Shown: piece after piece, positions 22,127 through 34,242 of the stretch
Layout: every line of letters begins with the position of its first letter
Numbering within the stretch: the stretch's first letter is position 1
Origin: Geosiphon pyriformis uo1
Lineage: Eukaryota; Fungi; Glomeromycota
Direction: 5' to 3'
Assembly (NCBI GenBank): GCA_016748015.1
Contig: JAAOMT010000135.1
Coordinates: 248,001 to 312,000, forward strand
Length of the DNA stretch: 64,000 bases
The notes under the pieces: model-generated
Database searches by the model: none
Told to the model about the DNA's origin: nothing
What the model saw: only the letters and a program-made list of their open reading frames with translations
Position numbers and translations under genes: made by a program

Positions 22127-23858
22127 ATGCCCCGAATAAAGAACCTCAAATTCCGGCGGCTGTTGAAATCGAAATCAAGCCCCAAGAAACCAAAAAGGCA
22201 ACCCTCTACATCTGTTTACAAGCAATACCTTCAATCTTGTCGCAATATTTTTGCCGAAAATTTGGAAAAGGCTTTTGCTATTTTTGACAAACATGAGGCG
22301 TCCCAGCCTTTTAAAGAAATAGATCGATTGACTTATTACCTGTGGACAACTGAGATTGAAAAGGAACTCCGAGAACAAATAGAAGACCCATATATATTTG
22401 GTGGTCGAAGTGTTGATTATGAAGGTCAAGGAATCGTAATTCAATTTCAAACTTGGACTTTAGAAGAAGTCGACAAATTTTTTGTAGCCCTTGCACGCTG
22501 TGGAAAACGAAATCCATGGGAAATCGCGAGAAGAATCCCTAAACCAGTTATTAGTGTCATCATGTTCATAGATTTGTTAGAAGCTGAGTACAATCATGCT
22601 AGGTTGTCCTTTTTGAAACCGTTAGAATATTGTGAAATCCCTGGAGCACGGAAAATGAGTGATGAATGGATTAATATTGAGGAAAATCAAAGCACATTTT
22701 TTCAAGAAAAGCTTCAACGTGAATCATTACTTTCTGCTGACGTGGGAAATCATGACCCAATTCCGCTTAGAATTCAGGAGAAATTGGATTTGTTTCATCT
22801 AAAGAATGGGTTGAGAATGGCCTACTAGTAGGTTTTCAAAGTTTTTCGTCCCCTACTAGTATATTTTGATAATTTTATCACCTTTTTTTCTCACTAGTCT
22901 GACCGGAGATCTCGATACTGCAATTCTACGGGATACATTCATTTCTTTTTACGATCTTGTTGTCGATTGGTTGCAAGTAGTTTTAAACGACATAATGATC
23001 CTTAGGCAAACAGAGCAAATAAAAAATAATGCTCTCGATGAAAATGAGGTTAGATAAATCCTAATTTGGGATATCAAAATTGTCTAGTATAATCATTTTA
23101 AGTCCTTGTAGATTTCGGCCGATCTGGTCAAGGATGCCTTAAGATTACGTGGTCATTGGGTCGAGAGTGAAGAAGATGATGATAGTGATATTAGCTTCAG
23201 TGGTGAACAAGATAAAATCGATGACTTGATATCAGAAGATCAGGATATTATGTCGGAGAGTTCTCTAATATCTGAAACTGATTCCAATAAAATACAAACA
23301 AATTTCGCTTTGAATTCATTACGAGATTCACGAGCTTCAGGATTAAACAATGAAGGTCTGAGGTTTGGTATGACTGAGGATTTCGAATCAGATGAACAAT
23401 CCTCTGATGAATCCACTGCAGAATCAGAATCAAATGAAAACCAGCCCCCTAACTCTCATACAGATGACGAGTTCGATCATGAAGAATTGGAGAAAAATTT
23501 ATCCAGCCCCCGTACCAAAAGAAAATATAATATAAAAATAAAGAGCACAGAGTTTGTGTCTGAATCGGATTATTCAGATCCCGAGAACGACACAGCAGAA
23601 GGCAAAATAATGAAGGAACTAGAGAAGTACATTCAGCAAGATAAAGAGTTGGAGCTTAAAGAACAGGAGACGGACGTAGCTTATGAAAAAGTCCTCAATG
23701 AATTACTTGCTAAATATCTTGAGGCAAGGGAATGGAAGTCCTATAAGGGAAAAATGACCGATTTAGAAGCTGCTGCATATACTGAAATATATAAACTTCA
23801 CCCTAGCAAAAAGCAAACGGTAGAGACGGTATCCAAGAAGCTTTTGAAAGAAAATTAG
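22127..23858 (+). CDS. Rrn5-like RNA polymerase I upstream activation factor subunit (SANT/Myb plus histone-fold-like region); exons ~22127-22827, 22898-23048, 23112-23858
   Basis: WTLEEVDKFFVALAR..IARRIP SANT motif; IPGARKMSDEWI..EE motif typical of fungal Rrn5; GT-AG introns restore the frame; acidic C-terminus; CpG retained. Confidence 0.65.
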
Positions 23859-25046
23859 CTGGAAAATATTCATCAAAATGCTTAGGCACGCTAGGAATCT
23901 CCGAAATTCGCTCGAAAGCAAAATCAATTACAAACAGATCATGTTTTAGAGGTGACTACAAATATAAATCTAATGTAATATTTGAGTGGTTCATAGGTCA
24001 TATATTCGCCGCCCTTTCTTAATGCAAACTCATCCGTGTTCCTGAAACTTCTTTGATTTTCTGAGCATTTAGATTGTTGACTGCATTTACATAGGCCATA
24101 GCACTGGAGTCATTACATCAGCATCTGACTCATATCATGACATGGCTTAGTTAACCTTCGAGCCTAGAAGTATCTGCATCAGTTTCCATCGCAACCTTAC
24201 CTAAGGCGCCTAGTACTTCAGAGAGTGCATACTCCAACAAACTAATTTCAGGTAATTTAACGATCTAAATTTAAATCTCATTAAAAATAATATAAAAAAA
24301 ACAATTTGTTGTCTAATTAATTTTGGGTTTAACAAAATAATATAAGATCACATATTTCGTTTTTTTTAAAAAATATACTTAATAAAAACTTTGCATAAAA
24401 AACTGTTTATCTAAATATTAATTACATTAAATATAAAAAAAAGAAAAATTTTAATTGTGTTTTTGTATAAGTTAAATTTAATTAATAAATTGTTTATTTT
24501 TAACAAATATACATATATTTAGAAATTTTTGTTTAATGTTTTGATTGTTTTATTTTTATTAAAGTTGTTGATTTAAACCAAAACTAATAGTAATATATAT
24601 ATAATTTTAACAAAAATTTTAATATTTAAGATATAATATATTGAATTTATAAGAATTTTTTCAGTTTGTAAATTAATAATTACAAATATTATTAATCTAA
24701 AATTTAGTTAAATATTTGATTATTGTAAACATATTTGGTTTTTTAATATAAAATTGAAATCTAAATAAGAAAAATTAAAACTAATTAATAATAATTTTAT
24801 AATTTTAAAGTTATTAATAAATTTTATATTTTTAATATAATTAATATTTATAAAAATAGTTTTATAAAAAATTATTTAAATTTTTTTGGAATAAGTAATA
24901 TTAATAATATAATTTTTGGTGTTTTGTTCTATAATATTATAAATAAATAAATTAATATATAGCTTGTAAATTAATATTGTAATTTAATTATAAAATTTAA
25001 AAATTTTTGGTATATTTAAAGCTTTTTATGATTGAGTTTTTTGTAT

Positions 25047-25842
25047 TGTTACATCCAGAAAATATAACAAAACAATAAAAAAAACACATAATATTAAAAT
25101 AGCCAATTAAAAAAAAAAATAAGAAAAAAAAGAATTTTTTAGAAAATTTTTTAAAAAATCTAAGTAAAAAAAAGAGATTTCTTATATAATAAAAATTATA
25201 TATATATAACAATAATAGTAAAAATAAAAAAAACAGATTAATAACTAGAAGACAATTAATTAAGAATTATTATTTACCAATATTTTTCTCTTTAAAAATT
25301 AGTTTTCTATATCTTAAAATAAAATTATTTAAATATCAAATAAAACCATTTTTTTATTATTTAACTTTTGATATTATTATTATTGAATTAAATTTTTTGT
25401 TATCTAATTTTATCTATAACTATTGTTAATAATATTCAATACTTAAATTACATTAAAACAATAATTCTTAATTATAATTATTAATAAGATATTAATTTCT
25501 TATTTATTTATTTATTTATTTTTTTGTTATTTACTAATTGATTAAGAAATTAAGCATTAAGATATTAATATTAAAAATAGTTTGGTAAAAAATCTGTAAA
25601 ATAAGAATAATAACTTAAAGATAACTTATTAAAAAAGCATAATTGTTAAATTAAACTAGCTTTTATGCTAAAAACAAAAATTTGAAAAGAAATCACAAAA
25701 TTAAATTTTTGTTTATTATACAAAGAACTTGACCAAAACTTTTAGATTCTAAAATCTTCAAAAATTAATATTAAAATTAGCTATTGAGCACAAAATTACA
25801 GGTTTGTTATTTATTTTAACACCCAAATAATTATTTGTAATA
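25047..25842 (+). repeat. Solo LTR, family X, copy 3 (heavily AT-eroded)
   Basis: TGTTACA start, GTAATA end, TSD GTAT/ATAT; aligns to 9893-10762 (e.g. AATTGATTAAGAAATTAAG, CCAAAACTTT.AGA.TC.AAAATCTTCAAAAATTA). Confidence 0.7.
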
Positions 25843-26219
25843 ATATAAAAAACAGAAATTTAAGTTGTAATAATTGATAATACTTTGTGTTTTGTTTTTT
25901 TAACATAATAAATTAATTTATTCTAATGTTTTTTACTTTTTAATAAATTATTTACTATTAATAAATTAATTTTATATTTATTTTTGTATTTTTTATTAAA
26001 TTATTTATATTATAATCTCAATACTTATTTTTTAATTAATTATCTTAATATAAAACAAAATAATAAAAAAATAAAATTAATTTTTTAATATATTAAATTT
26101 TTTATATATATACATTAAATATTAATTGTTTTATTAAACAAATTATTAAAAATAAGTTTTTTAACAATATAAATTTATAAATTTAATTATAAATAATAAA
26201 TATAAAAATTTGTTTAATT

Positions 26220-26940
26220 ATTATTATAAAGAATTAAATAATTGTAAATTTTGTAACTTGGTGTTAAAATAATATTAATATTTTAAAAAATTTGATTAAA
26301 TTTAAAAATTTTTGCAATTAAGTTTTTTATATAATAATAATACTTAATATTTAACTTTCTTAATATAGTAATTAATTTATTCTGGTGTTTTTTTACTAAA
26401 AAATTCTTAATATTATAATTTTAGCATTTTTTTAATTAATTAATTTTAACAATAAAATAATACAAAAAAATAAAAAAATTAGTATTTTATTAATAATTAT
26501 AATTAAAAACTATTGTTTTAATATAATTAGATTTTTTTATGAATGTAATTAATATTAATGTTTTGAATTCTATCAAAAATAATTAATAAATAGAGTTTAT
26601 AATAAGTGTTTTAGTTATATATTTATTTAATATTAATAATTAAAATATAATATTAATAATTTTAATTAACTTTTTCAAATAATAAATTTCTAATTTTTGA
26701 AATAAGAAGATAAATAATAAATATAATTGTTCTAAAGATTTTTTTTCTGCTTTAAAGTTATTATTATGTATACATAAATTTTTATAATATAAAATTCCTG
26801 AAATTTTTAATAATTATTACACTTTTTTTAAGTTATTATTAAAATTTTTTGGTATTTTTAAAATTTTTAATATTATATTAATTATTATTTTTATTTTTTA
26901 TAAGTATAATAATTATAATTTATTTAATAGTATAAACTCT
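26220..26940 (-). repeat. Ghost solo LTR, family X, copy 4; boundaries approximate
   Basis: 26478-26530 TTAGTATTTTATTAATAATTATAATTAAAAACTATTGTTTTAATAT matches 19393-19440 TTAGTATTCTGTCAATAGCTGTAATCAAGAGCTATTGTTTCAGTAT by transitions only. Confidence 0.55.
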
Positions 26941-29112
26941 TTAAATCTGGTTTTAAAATATAATATAACTTTAATTAATTTAAATAATTAATTATATATA
27001 GTAAAACATAATTTGTATATTATATAATTTTAAATAAAAATCAAATTATATTTATTATTATAATAAATAAAAAACAAACTAATAAATTTAAATTTAACAA
27101 TAATATTATTAATATTATAAAAAATATTTATTAAAAAAATATTACAAAATATAATAACAACAAAAAAAAATTAATTTAAAAATTATAACAAATTTAATAA
27201 TTTTAAATACAATAAAAAATAAATTAATAAGTTAACAAGTTTAATTTTGGTAATAATATTTAAAAACTTTTAAAATACAAATTTTATATAAAACAACTTA
27301 TTATTGTTTTTAAAAACCGACTTAAAATTAATAAAATCAAAAAATTAAAATATATATAATTTAATTAACTTTTAATTATTAAAACAAAAATTATTTATTT
27401 AATAGTTAATAAAAATTTTTTAATTATAATATTAAAAAATATAATAAATATAGTTATTATTAGCATAATTAAAAAAAAAACAAAAAAAAACATGTTTAAG
27501 TATTAAAAAAATATAATAAACTATAAATTTAATAAATTTAACAAAAAAACCAAAAATTTAATATTCTTATATTTATATTTAGATTTTTATTGATAATTTA
27601 AATACAAAAATAAACAATTTTAATGTGTTTTTTATAAAATTTATATAATAAAATAATCAGTTTTTATAATAATATTAATAATAAATTAAATATTAAAAAT
27701 ATAAAAAAATACTATATAAAAAAATCAATTTTATTCTAAATAAAAATAAAAATGATTAAATATTTTAAATAATATAATTTCATAAAGTATTTAAACTAAT
27801 TTTTTTTTAAAAAGTCTATTAAATAGCTTAATTTCTGTAATATTAAAAATAATGATAATATTTTAAGATTTTTAAAAAATTTTTTAATTTATATTTACAT
27901 TTGAATTAAATTTAAATCAAGCTAAAAAATTGATTATAAAAAACTTTTTACAAAAAGTAATTAACAGTTTTATACAAAATTTTAATAAAACAATAAATAT
28001 TATTAAAAATTTAAAAATTATTTATTACAATAATTTTTTTTAATATTTATAAACAAACAATATTTAAAAACAAAAATTTTATTAAACAACTTATTAGTTA
28101 TTACATTTTTTTAATATTAAAATTTTTTTTAATCATAAATTAATTTATTAACAACTTGTTTTAAATATTAAAAAAAAATTATTTTTAATTTGTAAAAATT
28201 TAAAGCTGTTTAATTATTTAAATAAATATTTATTATATTAAATTTTAATATGTAATTCAAAACCAAAATAATAATATAAAGCTTAATTAAAATAGATAAT
28301 AATATATTAAATACATTAATTATAATATTTAATTTAAAAAAAATACAACAATACAATTTATAAATTTAATAATATAATTAAAAAAATTTGTAATTAAACT
28401 TATTTTATTTATTAATTATTTAATTTTAATTATTAATAAAAATATGGAATTATAATTTTTGCAATTTAAATATTTTTATTATTAAAAAAATACAATGTTT
28501 AAAAGTATATTAAAAATTTAATTTAATTAATAAAATAAGTTATATTTAATTTACATATAAAAAATTAATAAAATAATTAATAAATGTTATTATATTTTTT
28601 TATTACAAATTATTTGTTATATTAAATAACAATATTATAAATTAATAATTATACAATAATATACTTATTAAGACTTGTATTAAACATAACTAATATAATA
28701 AATTAAAAAACTTATGTTTTTTAACAATAATAAATAGTTAAATATAAAATAATATAATTTTAATTAATTTGAATAATTAATCAACACTAAATATTTAAGC
28801 AATTAAAAAAATTATGTAGTTTAACATAAATGTGTAATTTTTGATGATAATTTTTATATTCCAATGATTATAAAACAGTTTGAATATATAATTGATTACA
28901 CAAAAATTATTCTCTTAAGTTTTTAAATTATTTGACCATTTATGGTTTATATTTGTTGTTGCAATTGATTTTTAATCTCTTAATTAAAAGTCTTGACCTA
29001 TTACATATATTCAAAACTTATTTTACACTAAATTGAAGTTTAATTGTGCTTATATTGATTATCTATATTAAATGTTACATACCAAATTTCTACGATTTTA
29101 GTTTATATATAT

Positions 29113-32100
29113 CTAGGATTGACTTCTTTCAAATCGAATTTCTTCATTTTTTTGGATCTCCATTACTCCTCTTTTATTTATGGGAATACTAGGGTATATT
29201 GGTAACGGTATCATACCCCCAGTTACCTGATTCCAACCCTGTGACAATACTTGTGGAATTTGTGATAAGGATCTCCCACAATGAGGAGGTAATTGCTGTA
29301 ACTGAGTTGGTATAGGATTCCAAGCTTGATGTTGTTGCTGTGCTTGATAAGAGTGTGCCATAGAATTCCAAGTTTGACTTTGGGCAGTAGCCTGTTGCAA
29401 TCTTTGAATTTGCATTGTCGTATTTCTTGCTTGTTGCTGCGCCTGCTGCAATTGAATGGTTATCTCCCGAGCCTGCTGTTGTGATTGTTGCAGTTGGTGA
29501 GACTGCATCCAACTCTGTTGCTCTGATGGTAGGTTCTGGAATTTAGCCGAAGCATTCCAGCCTTGTTGTATTTGTTGTTGTAGGTGTTGAGCTTTTGACA
29601 TTAAATAAGGTAAAGAAGAAACCATTTTTTGATTTTGATCCTCGCCGCCAATATATTGTCCGCTATTGCTCTGAAGATTAGCTGAGTTAATTGAGGCGCT
29701 CTCAGTTTGTCTTTGATCACCATTGGATTTGCCTTCTTGTAAAGCATGGATCAAAGCTTGGCTTGATTCAACAATATTGTTAAGGAACTATTTAGGAGGA
29801 AATATTTTAAATTCCAAATTGAAAGGGAATAAAAGGATAACAGGTTAATAGTGAAACTTTGGATTGTATTCGATTGTTCGAATTATATGTTTTATAAATT
29901 TATACCTACTTTAAATCTTTGATCTTGGGGATTATCTTCATTACCAGTTGCATTCTTTCTTCTCTCTTTTGTGGCTTCCTCTTGCAATCGCAAATTCATC
30001 CCAAGTTGACTCTCTTCAATTTTGCTTTTATGATAATGATAATATCCATTCTCTTGTTTGACGACCATCGTTGGCTCATTTGTGTATCTGGCTTGTACTT
30101 CACCCACATCATCATCATCATCGTCATCATCCTCATCAATATTAATATATGGATAATGTGTTGATGAATCGCTAGATGGTGAATCAAGATCCATATCCTG
30201 TATTTCATCTTCAGGGGATGATGTTTCTTGTCTGTTCCTCGAAAGTGCAAGAATTGTATTGTTCTTCAAAATATAAGTAGGATCATAGGACATTTCGGAG
30301 AGAGCTTGTGAAGAAGATGATGAGCCATAACCAGAAGAACCTCCACTTTCTGAAGATCCTAAAGCCGATGGATTTGTATAGAAGGTTCCTCGGGACTTCG
30401 GTGCTGATGGTAACGATTGCAGCTTTGGAGCAAACGAGGGTGCTAAAAGGATAAATTCGGTGGAAACAATAGAATGGGAATGTCTTTGCTGTTTTTGGAA
30501 CGATTTGGCAGTTTTCTGAAAAGATAATGGCTTTGTTTTATTGCTACAATTAATATTCAATTCATCTTCTATCAGAGAGGTCTCCATTTTAGGTAATGAT
30601 CTGTGACGACGAGAAGATTGATTCTCATCCAATGACCATGGATGAGAGGTCTTAACTAAAACAGTAAAATTGTCCTCAGGTATGACTCCTGAAATTCCTG
30701 ATGTGTTCAACTTATGAGATATTGGTAATTGAAGACTTGAATTGATGCTTGACGGGGATGTCTCACTAAGAACTTGACTAACTCCACTTGAGCTTCCGTT
30801 ATGAACACCAGAATTCCCGTTTTGGTCTACAATCAAACTCTCAGTGGTTTCACTTTTTTCAACAAATGTCAATTCCAATTTCGAATCATCAGGTGAGAAA
30901 ACATTTTGATCAGAATCTTCTTCATCTGCTTCTTGACCACTACTACTTTCGTCCTCCTGATCAGTGGCAAGAATTTCCGGCTTGGAGCCCAGAACGATAT
31001 TAGTTCCACGTACGTAACGTAATGTGGGCCGTTTAGGATTTTTTTTACGAAGGCTGTTTGATGTTGAATTTTCAATTTCGGATGAATTTGGGGGAGTTTG
31101 TATTTCCGATGAATTTGAAGGCGATTCTCCAAAATAATCAACACGAGCACGACTCAAATCAGTACAAAATACGCCACCCTCATAATATATTATAGGACCC
31201 TCTTGAGGATTTTCAAAAATACTGTTACTGTTTTCATCGGACGACGAAGATGAAGAAGAACCATTGTTTCGATGAGGAAATCTGGGAAGATAATGAGCTA
31301 TCGACGATGGATGTGAAGATCCAATAGTTGTTACGGTGTTTTGATGACTGGGTTTGGAATTTGCTGAATAATTGGATTTTCCATCAATCACATTAGATTT
31401 AGTATGGCGTGAAGAGGATGTTGCATCGGAAGAACGTTCAGAAGGCGAAAATTGAAATTTTTTTGCAATTGGATTTGGATTTTTTGCCGGGTCACTGGAT
31501 CTTGAGTATTGTTCAACGTTATCTTGACCACTACTATTAGGCTCACCATTTCCACAGCCGCTGATACTCTGACTTTCATTACTAAGTATCTGTGGTCTTC
31601 CTTTACGATTAATTGGGTCCAAACCGCTACGCCATCTCACTTTTGTTCCATCTTCGCTCAGCTCCAAACAATTTGAAAATGTTCTTATAGATTGCTTCAC
31701 AAAGGGTAATGTGACGCTCATCGTGTGCAGTTGAGCCATATTAGTTAAAAGATTCAAATAAACATAGCCATCCGGATCTGCATCTTCTTGATCTTTAAGA
31801 TAATGATCATCCCCTAAAGGCTTCGTAGTGAAGACTTTTTCGATCGCCTGGACCACCTGCCTCATTTTGGTTTTATTATTTCCTTTGAAGTGGCTATTAT
31901 CATGCCCCCAAGGAAGACTCGTTGATCTTGATCCACTATTTAAGCTGGAAGCCGTACCTCCACTTGTTGGGGGCGTAGGAAGTTGTGCAGCAAAATCTTT
32001 GAGATAATCTTCCAACTCATGTCTCTTACCCCTGATCGAAGAAAAAATATACATTTCTCGTTAACCGTTGTTCAAAGTTAATATTCAAAATTGTTATTTT

Positions 32101-33110
32101 GCGAAAAATAATTACCTAGGCATTTGAAAGTACCGAACTTCAAACAGCTTCTCTTTATGTAACGATTTCTCACGAAGTCTTTCCAACTTGTGAAGTTTCT
32201 GGCGAAGTTTTTGGTCTTTGTGAAAATTCAGGAATAGTTCTGTTAAATTCTCAATCGATTTTGGCTTTAAATCATAATTAGTTTCGTTTGTACATACTTT
32301 TCAGAGTTAAATCATCGATCACAGAACGATATGAATCACTATCGGGGCTTTTGATATTTTGGGTGTGATGTATATTATGTCGTGTTAAACCAATATTGTC
32401 GCGTCCAGCAGAGACTCGATGATGGTGATGATAATTGGTATTTGGAGATTGTGATTGATTCTTTGATGTGGTTGATTGTGATGGAGGATGGGCTTTCTGA
32501 TAGGGATTGACAAAGTAGGGAGTCTCACTATCTGAAAATAAAGCGCGTCAATCGTAAATATACATAATGTCAAAATAGTGATGTGTTGGAAGTGAAAAAT
32601 ATTCAATCGTTCCATGGTACAATAGGTCAAGGGAGCAGGCACCTCGAGCCCTTGAATATATTCGGTTTTCTTCGATCATTAAGTCCTTTAATAATTTTAT
32701 CAATCAAATCTTGGATTCGATCGATACTTACCATCTTCATCAAAAGACTGATTAAGTTCTTTTACATTTGTATTAAATTCTCGAAACCAAGCTTCAGTGG
32801 TTGATAATGAAGTTTTGCTTTTCTTTGAATCTGAACTACTAGTGTCATGACTCGATTCGTCCAATTCTCTCTCGTTTCCGTTACTTATACTTGACGACTC
32901 CCTTGACCTAATTCCACCTGACTCGTCAGAGGCTGACATATTTGTGTCATAGTCACCGCCGCTACTGTTACCTTCGCTGGAATTCGTTTCCTTTCCTTCG
33001 CCCACCTGGACAAAGTGATTGTGAGAAATGTCATTTTTTTGGGGCTCGCTCAAACTTATTTGAGCATGATTGCTACCTAGCAAACTATGGGGGGTTGACT
33101 GAGATGACAT
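29113..33110 (-). CDS. frq: Frequency clock protein homolog, ~1169 aa; exons 33110-32732, 32531-32298, 32215-32116, 32031-29910, 29787-29113
   Basis: FRQ motifs: SYRSVIDDLTLKNQKLRQKL coiled coil; LFEV..KRHELEDYLKDFAAQL; VVQAIEKVFT; GYVYLNLLTNMAQLH..LSEDGTKVRWR; GPIIYYEGGVFCTDLS; SGISGVIPEDNFTVLV. GT-AG introns give a 3510-nt in-frame CDS. Confidence 0.9.
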
Positions 33111-34242
33111 CAGGTTATTATGAAAGCAGTTTCACAGTCTTTATGCAAATTTTTTATTCTTTATTTTTCCTTTGATATTACAAATCTACTTAAATTATTT
33201 GCTTTTAATTTAAACGACAAATTCGGAGAGTGGAAAGTAAAGTAGAAGTTGTATAGTGCTACATGCATTCAGGTTTGCACAGAGCAAACATCAACGAGGC
33301 TAATATCACAAATGAAGTTCACGTAAAATGGGCAAAATGGTGGGAGAATTTTTCTTCGAGAAGAGACATTGGAAGTGGTTCGTATAGAATAGGGAAAAAC
33401 AAAGTTGTCGATAATTGAAAATGACGAAACTATCAAGTACAAACAATACCGCTGAGCAGAACAGCAATTTTATATGAATCATGACTTTGGTTCTGCATAA
33501 GCACGGACTGGGGGAAATAACAATACAAAGAGTGATGTCTGTCGAAACAGTTTTTTCAGTGAAGAGAGTTGAACAAACATTGAAAAATGCCGATTTTATT
33601 TTGATTTCCGATCCATACAGACTTTATAGATTCTGGTTTAAAATTCGATCTCACCTGAGGATCTCAGATAAAGCCAGGAAGACTTTGTGTCATTGAATTG
33701 TTAAATAATTGATAGACCTATTCTTGAACAAGAATTGTAAAAATTGAGGCGCTGAATTTACAAGTTTTGAAAATATCGAAAGAAATTTGATAACTGTGGT
33801 TTTTGGTACGTGGTAGGCTGTCAACTTTTTGCAATACTACCGATGCCGAGAACAGGAGAGGATATTCTCATGAATCTGTTTATGCCCAATTTGGCACGTG
33901 CCTCAATAGGTTTGCTAATAGTGTTTGTTCGGATAAATTACGCGATTTATTACCTCATCATCAACCCACATGTGGTTTATTGCGACATCTTCGATATAAC
34001 CTTATTTTCCGATTTTCTCCACAGCATTTTAAAAAATGGATTATCGTCACCTAACCCAGAATCACACAAGTTCAATGTTTGGTGGCTGCATCTGCAGCAT
34101 ATCATGATAATCAAAAGCACGGTTGATCAAATCGGTAAATTTTTTTTACCCATCGGTATCTGATAAATTGATAATGAACTAGGCTATTTTTGAACAGTAT
34201 TGCCAAAAAAAAACCTAATCATAAAATCAAAGATTTCATAGA

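Larger units (their letters stand above)
24270..29100. other. AT desert made of erased transposon relics
   Basis: Almost no G/C; contains LTR-X ghosts and a minus-strand ORF1 ghost (~27270-27345). Confidence 0.75.

Noticed and set aside
33110-34200. frq light-response/C-box elements and the palindrome GGCACGTGCC (~33893)
   Set aside because: The motifs are too short and degenerate to exceed chance; the plus-strand ORFs 33481-34163 show no recognisable homology.
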